From an uncultured delta proteobacterium (lineage in GTDB: Bacteria; Desulfobacterota; Binatia; Binatales; Binataceae), in NCBI GenBank assembly GCA_963711565.1, contig CAVQEQ010000003.1, positions 896,001 through 960,000 of the forward strand: a stretch of DNA of 64,000 nucleotides, in the 5' to 3' direction. Numbering within the stretch: position 1 is the first letter of the stretch; every line of letters begins with the position of its first letter. The position numbers and the translations under genes were made by a program. The notes beneath the pieces were generated by a model. It did no database searches, was not told the origin of the DNA, and saw nothing but the letters and a program-made list of their open reading frames with translations. Positions 28,529-40,240 of the stretch are shown in pieces.

Positions 28529-28885
28529 ATGAATGAAATCGACGCGCAGCTCGCCCTCGGCGTCGAGTTGTTCAATCGCGGCGAATTTTTCGAAGCGCAT
28601 GAAGCGATGGAAGACGCGATGAACCTGCTCGATGACGACACCGCCGATTGGGATTTCTATCTCGGGCTGCTGCGCGCGTCGGTCGCGAATCACAAGCTCG
28701 GCGACGGCGAACTGTCGAGCGCGCGGCTGCATCTGCGCGCGGCGCTGAAATTCCTCGCGCCGTATCCCGACCGCCATCGCGGCATCAAGCTGCGTGAGTT
28801 CCGCAGCGCGCTGACGGCGGAGCTGGCGCGTCTTGAATCTCAGGCAGCGACAGTCACACCGCCGCGCATCGAGCTCGAAGGCTGA
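28529..28885 (+). CDS. DUF309 family protein
   Basis: GVELFNRGEFFEAHEAMED...FYLGLLR.SVA.H. Confidence 0.85.
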   Translation: MNEIDAQLALGVELFNRGEFFEAHEAMEDAMNLLDDDTADWDFYLGLLRASVANHKLGDGELSSARLHLRAALKFLAPYPDRHRGIKLREFRSALTAELARLESQAATVTPPRIELEG

Positions 28886-30180
28886 TGGTTCCCTTCGCCG
28901 CAGAATTCGTGACGTCCGCGTTCGGGCGCGAGGGATGGCCGCGATGGAACCGCGCGGAGGTCGCGCTCGCGGGCAGATCCAACGTCGGCAAGAGTTCGTT
29001 GCTCAACGCGCTGGCGAAAGTTAAGGGCCTCGCGCGCACCAGCAAGACTCCCGGCCGCACGCGATGCCTCAACTTCTTCTCGATCAACGACAAGCTCGCG
29101 GTATGCGATCTGCCGGGCTTCGGCTACGCAAAAATGAGCCACGTGGAAGCCGCAAAAATCGCCTCCATCATGGTGGAATACATGCAGGGCCGCGCCAATC
29201 TCGACGCAATCGCGATCCTGATCGATTGCCGCCGCGGCCCGCAGGAGGACGAACTCTCTCTGGCTCGTATGGCCGCCGAGCGCGGCATCGAAGTGATTCC
29301 GGTCGCGACCAAATGCGACAAGCTGCGCCGCTCGGAGCGCGCCGCCGCGCTCAAACGCTTCGAGTCGATGCGCGTGCCGCCGATTTTCTGCTCGGCAACG
29401 TCGGGCGAAGGAATCGACGACCTGCGCCGCCGAATCCTCGCCGTCGATCGGAAGAAGGCGGCGAAAACCACTCCCGTCAGCGCGTCAAACTCCGCAACCT
29501 TTGACGAATGGCTGAAATGGGTTTTCGATCACCCGGTTGCAAAAGACACGTCGGACGAATGGTGGTGGCACGAGCCGGACGCCGATGAAGGCGGCCGATG
29601 GTTGGACCGTCCGCCAGTTCAGGCACTGACGTTCGTTGCGAAACTCTTCGAGAACCCGCTGCAATACTTGTCTGCTTACAGTGACGCGCAAATTAATCAG
29701 GGCCTGAACTTCATCGTCTTTCGAGCCTGCTCGCGCCACTTCGATTGGCTCATAGACGGCAGAGTTGATCTCAATCTTAGGAAACGTTGCATCCGATCAA
29801 TCGAGAATCTTTCGCGCGAATTGTTCGCGCCAAGATGTTCCGACAACGTGAAGATCTACACCAAGCCGCTGGACCATATGTGCGATATGCTTTGGGATCT
29901 CGTTGTGCGCGACGCTGACGCCCGCGTCGATAACCCCGACGGTACCTATTCTCATGTCCGTGATACCGAGATCGACAAGGAGTTTCTCGCTACGCTCGCT
30001 GGCATACTTGCGATTCCAAGCATCGCGTGCCAGCAATCGGCTCTGCATGGACTCGGCCACTTGGTGCGCGATGCCCGCTTGGGCTGCGAGGTCATTCAAA
30101 AGTATCTGGATGACCATTCGAACCTCCGGAGCGATCTCAGAGAATACGCGCTCAAGGCACTGGCCGGCAGAGTGATGTGA
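28885..30180 (+). CDS. engB: Ribosome-biogenesis GTPase EngB/YihA fused in frame to a ~230-aa unknown C-terminal domain
   Basis: GRSNVGKSSLLN, SKTPGRT, DLPGFGYA, TKCDK, SAT..EG in the first ~195 aa; no stop until 30180. Confidence 0.85.
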   Translation: MVPFAAEFVTSAFGREGWPRWNRAEVALAGRSNVGKSSLLNALAKVKGLARTSKTPGRTRCLNFFSINDKLAVCDLPGFGYAKMSHVEAAKIASIMVEYMQGRANLDAIAILIDCRRGPQEDELSLARMAAERGIEVIPVATKCDKLRRSERAAALKRFESMRVPPIFCSATSGEGIDDLRRRILAVDRKKAAKTTPVSASNSATFDEWLKWVFDHPVAKDTSDEWWWHEPDADEGGRWLDRPPVQALTFVAKLFENPLQYLSAYSDAQINQGLNFIVFRACSRHFDWLIDGRVDLNLRKRCIRSIENLSRELFAPRCSDNVKIYTKPLDHMCDMLWDLVVRDADARVDNPDGTYSHVRDTEIDKEFLATLAGILAIPSIACQQSALHGLGHLVRDARLGCEVIQKYLDDHSNLRSDLREYALKALAGRVM

Positions 30181-31076
30181 CGCCCGAAGTCTCAGTAATC
30201 ATCCCGACGTACAATCGGCGCGCGATGCTGCTCGTGGCGATCGATTCCGTTCTCGCCCAATCAACCCAATCGTTCGAGTTGATCGTCATCGACGATGGTT
30301 CGACTGATGGAACTGGCGAGCAGCTGGCGCGGCTCGGCAAAGCGATCCGAATCGAATGTATTGAGCATCGCGGTCCTGCCGCTGCGCGAAATCGAGGCGT
30401 GGAATTGGCACGCGCGCCGTTGATCGCGTTCCTCGACTCGGACGATCTCTGGGCGCCGGCCAAGCTCGAACTCCAACTCGCTTTCATGCGCTCGAATACC
30501 GACTGTGCGATCTCGCAGACGAACGAAATCTGGATTCGCAACGGACGCCGCGTGAATCCCGGCATCCGTCATCGCAAGCGCGGCGGCGATATTTTCATCG
30601 ACTCGCTTCGCACCTGCCTCATTAGTATGTCCGCGACTATTATGCGCACCGATCTTTTCCGCTCGCTCGGCGGCTTCGACGAGTCGATGGATGCCGCCGA
30701 GGACTACGACCTGTGGCTGCGAATCCTTATCGACCACGAAGCCGGCCTGCTCGACGAGCCGCTGGTGACGCGTCGCGGCGGGCATCCAGATCAAACCTCG
30801 GCGACTACTCCCGCGATCGATCGCTTCCGCATTCTCGCGCTGACGAAATTGCTCGCGGACAATCGGCTCTCGCCAACGCGTCGAAATGCGGTGGTCGATG
30901 TGCTCGCCGAGAAATGCCGCATCTACGCCGGTGGTCTTCGACGTCGCGAGAGGATCGATCACGCGAAATTTTACGAGCGAGTCGCCGACGGGTCGCACCA
31001 GTGGCGAGCGGATGAGTTCGATTGCGCTGCGAAATCGATGCGCTCCACACTTCGCGAAATTTCACATGGATGTTGA
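30177..31076 (+). CDS. Glycosyltransferase family 2
   Basis: VSVIIPTYNR, IDDGSTD, AARNRG, FLDSDD, EDYDLWLR; GTGA overlap. Confidence 0.92.
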   Translation: MTPEVSVIIPTYNRRAMLLVAIDSVLAQSTQSFELIVIDDGSTDGTGEQLARLGKAIRIECIEHRGPAAARNRGVELARAPLIAFLDSDDLWAPAKLELQLAFMRSNTDCAISQTNEIWIRNGRRVNPGIRHRKRGGDIFIDSLRTCLISMSATIMRTDLFRSLGGFDESMDAAEDYDLWLRILIDHEAGLLDEPLVTRRGGHPDQTSATTPAIDRFRILALTKLLADNRLSPTRRNAVVDVLAEKCRIYAGGLRRRERIDHAKFYERVADGSHQWRADEFDCAAKSMRSTLREISHGC

Positions 31077-31602
31077 CGGAATTGACGCGCAGATCCGCGA
31101 GCTTGCTGCCGCGCGGCGCCTGCCACCGAGCCACCTCGCGCGATGGCTCGCGATGGATGCGCCGTCGCGCGCCGCCCTGCTCGAAATCGCGCGCGGCCTG
31201 CGGCTTCGCACCGGTCAACTGGCGACCGCGCTCGACACTCTCGAAGAAATCGCGGTGCGCGAGCGCGTCAATGTTGCAGCGGTGCTCGACTATCCCGAAG
31301 TTCGGCGCATCGTTCACAATGCGGGCTCGACCCCGTCACGCGCCAGCGCGCTCCTGGAGCGGCTTCGCGCGCTTCGGTATCCCGAGCTGAATAGAGTGCG
31401 GGAACAACTCCGCACTGAAGTCTCGGCGCTGAAGTTGCCGCGCGGAATTTCGCTGGACTTGCCCAGGGAGCTTGGCTCTGATGAGGTCACGGTTTCGCTT
31501 CGGGTGCGGAGCGCCGCCGACTTGGCGCATCTGCTCGATGCGCTCGATCAGAAGCGCGCGGGACTGACGCGGATTATTGAAATGCTGGGCGGCAAGAAAT
31601 GA
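31066..31602 (+). CDS. Hypothetical helical protein (resembles the C-terminal part of ParB-like proteins seen next to SPL-like genes)
   Basis: Overlaps both neighbours; L..LEEIA.RE, LRALRYP, LKLPRGISL. Confidence 0.6.
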   Translation: MDVDGIDAQIRELAAARRLPPSHLARWLAMDAPSRAALLEIARGLRLRTGQLATALDTLEEIAVRERVNVAAVLDYPEVRRIVHNAGSTPSRASALLERLRALRYPELNRVREQLRTEVSALKLPRGISLDLPRELGSDEVTVSLRVRSAADLAHLLDALDQKRAGLTRIIEMLGGKK

Positions 31603-32705
31603 AGCGCGAATTGAAATTCGACCTCGACGCCGTGTTTGTCGAGGATGGATGCGCCGATTCCGCGCTGGCGACGCGTGTCCTTCAATCGATTCCGCGCGAT
31701 GTGCCCGTGACCCATATTGCTGACGCGCGCGAGGCCGCGCGGCCGGAGTCCGGCGCGCCCGATCCGTTCGGCGCGGGCAAACGCCGGCTCGTGATCGCGC
31801 GGCGCAAGACTCCGTTCCTGATGCCCTGTCCTGCGGGCTCCTCGAAGTTTGCCTGCTGCGGATATCTCGTCCTCACGTTGGCGTCGAACTGCCCGATGGA
31901 TTGCTCATACTGCTTCTTGCAGGAATATCTGGCCGACAATCCCGCTTTCCAGGTGTACGCGAATTTCGCCGATTCATTCGACGAACTCGACCGGCTCTGT
32001 GCCAATGCTCACGGGCGCACGTTCCGGGTCGGCACCGGTGAGCTGGCCGATTCGCTCGCGTTCGATTCGATTACGTCGATCAGCCGCGACCTGATCGACT
32101 TTTTTTCCGCGCGCGAAAATCTGACGCTCGAGCTCAAGACCAAGACCGACGAGATTGAGAATCTTCTCGCGATGGATCCTCGCGGCCGCGTGCTCGTCTC
32201 ATGGACGTTGTCGCCGGACGTGGTCTATCGAAGCTCGGAGCATCTGACTGCTTCGCCGGCGGCGCGAATCGCGGCCGCACGCGCCGTGCTCGACGCCGGC
32301 TACCGCGTCGCGTTCCATTTCGATCCGCTGATCGCGTATCCCGATGCCGAGCGCGACTACCTGCTACTAATCGACGAGCTGCTCGACGTTGTTCCGCCGA
32401 ATCAAATCTCGTTCATCAGCATGGGCGGCCTGCGGATGACGCCGCGACTGCGCGGCGCTGCGCGCGGCCGTTTTCCCAACGACCCGAAGCTGTGCGGCGA
32501 GGACGTGCTCTCGGCCGACGGCCGCTTCCGCACCTTCACACCGCTGCGGTTGAGTCTTTACCGCACGCTGGCAGAACGTTTCAAAAAAGCCAGCGCAACA
32601 ATCCCTGCCTACCTGTGCATGGAGCCCGCGAGCGTCCATGAGCACGTGTTTGGCGCGACGCCCGCGCGACCGGCTACAATCGGCGAGCGCCTCGCGCGCA
32701 GTTAG
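31599..32705 (+). CDS. Spore photoproduct lyase-like radical SAM protein
   Basis: CPMDCSYC; RVGTGELADSL, LELKTK, SWTLSP, FHFDP, YLCME. Confidence 0.85.
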   Translation: MKRELKFDLDAVFVEDGCADSALATRVLQSIPRDVPVTHIADAREAARPESGAPDPFGAGKRRLVIARRKTPFLMPCPAGSSKFACCGYLVLTLASNCPMDCSYCFLQEYLADNPAFQVYANFADSFDELDRLCANAHGRTFRVGTGELADSLAFDSITSISRDLIDFFSARENLTLELKTKTDEIENLLAMDPRGRVLVSWTLSPDVVYRSSEHLTASPAARIAAARAVLDAGYRVAFHFDPLIAYPDAERDYLLLIDELLDVVPPNQISFISMGGLRMTPRLRGAARGRFPNDPKLCGEDVLSADGRFRTFTPLRLSLYRTLAERFKKASATIPAYLCMEPASVHEHVFGATPARPATIGERLARS

Positions 32706-33578
32706 ATGGCGACACGAAAAAAATTCGCCGCACGCCCGAACTCGATCGCCGCATCGAACGGAAATCTTCGCGGCGCGCGCGCGGCGATCGACCGGCCGAT
32801 CGGCGTCTTCGATTCCGGCATCGGCGGACTCACCGTGCTGAAAGCGCTGACCGCCGCGCTGCCCGGCGAAGACTTTATCTACCTTGGCGATACCGCGCGG
32901 CTGCCTTACGGCACGAAATCCAACGAGGTCATCGTCCGTTACTCGAAGGAGAACACCGGCTTCCTGCTAGCCAAGGGAATCAAGATGCTGGTGGTCGCAT
33001 GCAATACGTCCAGCGCGGTGGCGCTCGACGCGATCGCATCGGACACGATGGTGCCCGTGATCGGCGTGATCGAGCCGGGCGCACGCGCAGCGGCGAAGGC
33101 GTCGCGCAACGGCAAAATCGGCGTGATCGGCACCGAGGCGACGATCGCGTCGGGCGCGTACACGCGCGCGATCCAGCGGCTCAGCCCGCGCGCGGAAATC
33201 TACACGCGCGCATGCCCGCTGCTGGTGCCGCTGGCCGAGGAAGGATGGACCGACAACGCGGTCGCGGAACTGACCGTCGCGCACTATCTCGAGAGCCTCA
33301 AGCAGAGCGGCATCGATACCTTGCTGCTCGGATGCACGCATTACCCGCTGTTGCGCGAAATGTTCGTGCGAATTCTCGGACCGCGCGTGAAGATCGTGGA
33401 CTCCGCGACTGCTACTGCCACTGACGTGCGCGATCGGTTGCGAACGCTCAAACTCGCCCGGCGCACTGGCGACGGCAGTCAAAGTTTCTTCGTCACTGAG
33501 ACGCCAGACCGCTTCGTCCGCGTCGGCCGAAGATTCCTGGGTCCGCAGGTCGAGTCCGCAGTGAGGATCGAGCGGTAG
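32706..33578 (+). CDS. murI: Glutamate racemase
   Basis: GVFDSGIGGLTV, GDTARLPYG, VACNT, LGCTHYP. Confidence 0.97.
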   Translation: MATRKKFAARPNSIAASNGNLRGARAAIDRPIGVFDSGIGGLTVLKALTAALPGEDFIYLGDTARLPYGTKSNEVIVRYSKENTGFLLAKGIKMLVVACNTSSAVALDAIASDTMVPVIGVIEPGARAAAKASRNGKIGVIGTEATIASGAYTRAIQRLSPRAEIYTRACPLLVPLAEEGWTDNAVAELTVAHYLESLKQSGIDTLLLGCTHYPLLREMFVRILGPRVKIVDSATATATDVRDRLRTLKLARRTGDGSQSFFVTETPDRFVRVGRRFLGPQVESAVRIER

Positions 33579-33583
33579 CCCTA

Positions 33584-33740
33584 GCCTCTCTCTATCAGGG
33601 AGAGGCCGCCGTGCGTCCGCGCGCGGCGGGTGAGGGTCCCGTTTAGAGAGATGTCCTTCCGCGCCTTTCCGGAACCAGGAATTTGGACCCTCACCCGACA
33701 CTAAAGGTCTCGCGTCGGCCTCTCCCTGATAGAGAGAGGC
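33584..33740. repeat. Inverted pair of REP-like elements (BIME-like)
   Basis: Perfect 24-bp inverted repeat gcctctctctatcagggagaggcc (33584-33607 / 33717-33740) with inner inverted repeat cgggtgagggtcc / ggaccctcacccg. Confidence 0.9.
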
Positions 33741-33880
33741 AAGATCGGTCCCATCATGCGCCCCGCTTCACCTCTCTCCTGTCCGGCGATTTCACGATAA
33801 GATGATTTCCAGCTAAACTTGCGGATCAGATCGCGCCCGGAACCTAACTTCAAACTTGCTGCAAAAATCGCTCATATAAG

Positions 33881-36559
<2,679 letters not shown>

Positions 36560-36578
36560 CGCGGCGATTCGCAATCAG

Positions 36579-37775
36579 ATGAAAGTCGCACTCGAACCCG
36601 CCAGCGTGCGCGGATTTCGATTCGCCGGCGTCAGCGCGGGATTGAAGACCAAGGCGGGCGCGCTCGATCTGGGAATCATCGCGGCAGATCGTCCGGCCTC
36701 CGCAGCCGCGGTGTTCAGCGCGAATCGCGTGAAGGCCGCGCCGGTTTACGTGACGGCGGACCGCGTCAAGTCGGGACGTCTCCAGGCGGTCGTCGCGAAC
36801 TCGGGATGCGCCAACAGCTTCACTGGCGAAGCGGGGATGCGGCTCGCGCGCGATTCATGCGCGCACGTCGCGCAGTTGCTGGAATGCGCGCCGGAGCTGG
36901 TCGTGCCATCATCGACCGGCGTGATCGGCCATCTTTACGATTTCGCGAAATTCAAAAGCGGCGCCGCCGATGCGGTCCGGTCGCTGCGTGAGGACGGGCT
37001 CTCTGATTTCGCGCACGCAATCATGACGACCGACACGCGCGCCAAGATCGCTTCGACTACCTTCAAGGCGGGCGGCGCGACGATCACGCTCGCAGGCGCG
37101 GTGAAAGGCGTCGGCATGATTTCGCCGAAGATGGCGACGATGCTCGGCTATCTGGTTACGGACGCGCTGATCGCTCCCACTCCCCTGAAAAAGTCGCTCA
37201 AAGCCGCGCTGCCGACGAGCTTCAACGCGATTACCGTCGATGGCGATATGTCGACCAACGACACGGTGATCATCATGGCGAGCGGCGCCGCGGGAAATCG
37301 CGCGTTCGGCGCGCGCGATCAGGTCGTGTTCGATCGCGCGGTCGAGGAAATTTCGGCGGCACTCGCGCGCGAACTCGTCCGCGACGGCGAAGGGGCGACC
37401 AAGCTCGTCACCGTCGAGGTGCGCGGCGCTCGAACAGTTGCCGACGCCGGGCGCGCGGCTCGGCAGATCGCGAACTCGCCGCTGGTAAAGACTGCGTTCT
37501 TCGGATGCGATCCCAACGTCGGTCGAATCCTGATGGCGGCCGGATCGTCTGGCGCGCTCGTCGAATCCGACAAGCTGGTACTGTGGATCGGCGGGGTGAA
37601 GGTCGCCGCGCACGGCCGCCTGCTGACTGAGGCGCTCGCGGATGCGGGGACTGCGATGAGGTCGCGCGAATTCCAAGTGCGGCTCGATCTACGATTGGGA
37701 AAATCGACCGCCACGATTCTGACTTGCGACCTGAGTTACGATTACGTGCGAATCAACGCGGAGTACACGACCTGA
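36579..37775 (+). CDS. argJ: Bifunctional ornithine acetyltransferase / N-acetylglutamate synthase
   Basis: NSGCANS, STGVIG, IMTTDT, KGVGMISPKMATML, DGDMSTND, DGEGATK, INAEYTT. Confidence 0.96.
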   Translation: MKVALEPASVRGFRFAGVSAGLKTKAGALDLGIIAADRPASAAAVFSANRVKAAPVYVTADRVKSGRLQAVVANSGCANSFTGEAGMRLARDSCAHVAQLLECAPELVVPSSTGVIGHLYDFAKFKSGAADAVRSLREDGLSDFAHAIMTTDTRAKIASTTFKAGGATITLAGAVKGVGMISPKMATMLGYLVTDALIAPTPLKKSLKAALPTSFNAITVDGDMSTNDTVIIMASGAAGNRAFGARDQVVFDRAVEEISAALARELVRDGEGATKLVTVEVRGARTVADAGRAARQIANSPLVKTAFFGCDPNVGRILMAAGSSGALVESDKLVLWIGGVKVAAHGRLLTEALADAGTAMRSREFQVRLDLRLGKSTATILTCDLSYDYVRINAEYTT

Positions 37776-37791
37776 GCGGAGGGGATTCTCC

Positions 37792-38097
37792 ATGGCGAGC
37801 TTCATCAAAGTTGCGAAGGTGGCGGACGTGCCCGAGGGCAGCGGCAAGCTCGTCGAAGCCGGCGGCAAACAGATCGCGCTGTTCAATGCGGGCGGGAAAT
37901 TCTTCGCGATCGACAACACCTGCAAGCATCGCGGCGGCCCGCTGGCCGAGGGCGACCTCGACGGCACCACCATCACGTGCCCGTGGCACGGATGGGAGTA
38001 CGACATCACGACGGGCGCGAACCTCGACGACGCCAGCATCAAGCTGGGATGTTACCCGGTGAAGGCCGACGGCGACGACATTTTGATTGAAGCGTGA
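37792..38097 (+). CDS. Rieske-type [2Fe-2S] ferredoxin
   Basis: CKH...CPWHGW. Confidence 0.93.
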   Translation: MASFIKVAKVADVPEGSGKLVEAGGKQIALFNAGGKFFAIDNTCKHRGGPLAEGDLDGTTITCPWHGWEYDITTGANLDDASIKLGCYPVKADGDDILIEA

Positions 38098-38115
38098 CGC
38101 GCGCGCAGCAAGGAT

Positions 38116-38838
38116 TCAGCGCGCGGCAAACATGCGGCCCGCGACGTAAGTCGCGCCGGCGGCTGCTACTCCAACCAACATGCTTTCGAGTCCGCTGCGC
38201 CACCACGAGCGGCTGGTGATGATCGTCTTCAGCGCGCCGACTGCGAACAGCACCACGATGGTCGAGACGGCGGACACGCTCAGCGCGCGGCCCGGCTCAA
38301 AAAAGATGTACGCCCACACCGGCACCGCCGCGCCCGACAGATACGACAGCCCGACCGCAAACCCCGAGCGCACGGGACTTTCGAAGGACTCTTCGTTGAA
38401 GCCCAGCTCCTCGCGCATCATCACGTTGCTCCATCGGTCGGGGTCCGCCGTGATATGCGCAACGATCTGATCGAGCAACGGCCCCGCGAATCCCTTGTTT
38501 CGATAGATGCTGCTGATCTCTTCGCGCTCGCGCTCGGGCCATCGGCGGATTTCGTCGCGCTCGCGTTCCACTTCGCTTTGATAAAATTCGATCTGCGAGC
38601 GCGCCGAGATAAACGCCGCGAGTCCCATCGCGACCGCGCCTCCCAGCATCTCCGACAGTCCCGCCATCATCGCCGCGTTGCCGGTGACAAACGCGCCCGC
38701 GACGCCCGACGTGACTGCGAACGACGCGACCAGTCCGTCGTTCAGTCCGAGCATCACGTCGCGCACCCAGCTTCCGCCGGCGGCATGGACCTGCTCCGTG
38801 TGATGGTCGTAGTCGCGGCTGAAAATCGAAAAAGCCAC
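38116..38838 (-). CDS. VIT1/CCC1 family iron/manganese transporter
   Basis: RDVMLGLNDGLV, GAVAMGL, MMREELG. Confidence 0.92.
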   Translation of the reverse strand: MAFSIFSRDYDHHTEQVHAAGGSWVRDVMLGLNDGLVASFAVTSGVAGAFVTGNAAMMAGLSEMLGGAVAMGLAAFISARSQIEFYQSEVERERDEIRRWPEREREEISSIYRNKGFAGPLLDQIVAHITADPDRWSNVMMREELGFNEESFESPVRSGFAVGLSYLSGAAVPVWAYIFFEPGRALSVSAVSTIVVLFAVGALKTIITSRSWWRSGLESMLVGVAAAGATYVAGRMFAAR

Positions 38839-39662
38839 TACCGGGTTCCTCCGGCGAGCGGCGCGACGACCTGATCCGTGGCCGGCGCCGCGCGGCGCTT
38901 GCGGCGATCGATCGAATCGCGCGCCGCTTTGACCTCGGCAATCATCTTGCGCGCGGCCGCGCGGTCCGGCCGATGGCCGAGGTAGGAATAAAGAAAATCA
39001 AGCCGCGCCGCGCGGCAGAGAAATCGCCCGATGCTGCGATCGAGATGCACGAGGTTCAGAATTCTGCGATCCCACGAGACGTTCGCGACGCGGCGAAAAT
39101 CCTCGAGATCGATAAAGTACACTTTGAAGCCGCCGGCTTCGTTTTCCTCGACCATGATGTTGGTCTCTTGCAGGTCGCGCGTGTAGAGACCGGACTCGTG
39201 CAGGCGCCGAACTTGCGCGGCCACCGTGTCGGAAATCTGTTTGCGGCGATGCACGTTGCGTCCCTTGATTTCCCCCGGGCCCAGCATGAAGCGGCTCAGC
39301 GAGTCGGCATTGAGGAGCGCGCGGCTGACGAGATACGAGGCTCGAATCGCCCCCGCCTGGTACATATCCATCGCCGCTAGCGGCTCCGGATGCGCGAGGC
39401 CGTGCGCTTCGAGCATCGCGGCGCCGGCGAGCGATCGTGCGGCGCGCGATCCGCGGATTCGTGCGTAAACGCCGCGGAGCCATGACGCAACCTCGACGCG
39501 CTTGATGAACGCGGGCCCTGCGCCGGGCGCCTCGAGGAATCCCGCGCGCGTTCGCGCTTCAGACTTGAGCACGCGAAATTCCGGCGACGCCATCAACTCG
39601 TCGGCGCGCTCGACGACTGCGCGCCATTCCGCCGAGCGCGCATAGAGGACTACCGTGCGCAT
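38838..39662 (-). CDS. Lipopolysaccharide kinase (Kdo/WaaP/InaA) family protein
   Basis: FIKR, LHESGLYTRDLQETNIMV, FIDLED. Confidence 0.82.
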   Translation of the reverse strand: MRTVVLYARSAEWRAVVERADELMASPEFRVLKSEARTRAGFLEAPGAGPAFIKRVEVASWLRGVYARIRGSRAARSLAGAAMLEAHGLAHPEPLAAMDMYQAGAIRASYLVSRALLNADSLSRFMLGPGEIKGRNVHRRKQISDTVAAQVRRLHESGLYTRDLQETNIMVEENEAGGFKVYFIDLEDFRRVANVSWDRRILNLVHLDRSIGRFLCRAARLDFLYSYLGHRPDRAAARKMIAEVKAARDSIDRRKRRAAPATDQVVAPLAGGTR

Positions 39663-39754
39663 GCGCGATCAAGCCTAGCTCTTTCGCGCGCCGAGGGCAT
39701 CGGGGGATATCGCGGGCGCGAGCCTCGCAGTCGCTCGCGCCCTTGACGATGCGG

Positions 39755-40189
39755 CTACTTCTTGGGTTCGACGATTAGCGAACCGCCGACATGTCCGGCG
39801 TGCAACTGACAAAAGAACGGGAACACTCCCGCCTTGTCGGCGACAAACGTGATCGTCTTGGGTTCGCCGCGCGTCACGACTTCGGTGATGTTGTATGCGG
39901 GAATCGTAAAGCCGTGCTGATTCTCGGCGCCCGGCACCAGATTTTTGAGCGTCAGTTTCACCTTGTCGCCCTGATCGACCGCGATCACGCTCGGCAGCCA
40001 GATCTTCGCACCATCCGCTTCGATCGAAACCATCGTGAAGCTCCGGGTGCCGGCCTCATCCGGCGCTGCCGCGGGAGCCGGCGCTGCGGGCGCTGCGCCT
40101 TGCGCCATCGCGATTCGGTTCGCGCCCGAAAACATGAACGCAGCCACGACCGCAATCGCGGCCATCGTTTTCAACATTGCCTTGGTCAT
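39755..40189 (-). CDS. Exported cupredoxin-domain protein, nitrosocyanin-like
   Basis: Signal peptide; GDKVKLTLKN, HGFTI, FVADKAGVFPFFCQLHAGH. Confidence 0.85.
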   Translation of the reverse strand: MTKAMLKTMAAIAVVAAFMFSGANRIAMAQGAAPAAPAPAAAPDEAGTRSFTMVSIEADGAKIWLPSVIAVDQGDKVKLTLKNLVPGAENQHGFTIPAYNITEVVTRGEPKTITFVADKAGVFPFFCQLHAGHVGGSLIVEPKK

Positions 40190-40240
40190 CGGAAGTTTTC
40201 TCCTTGTTAGCAGACCAATGTATCACGACAACGGCGAAAC

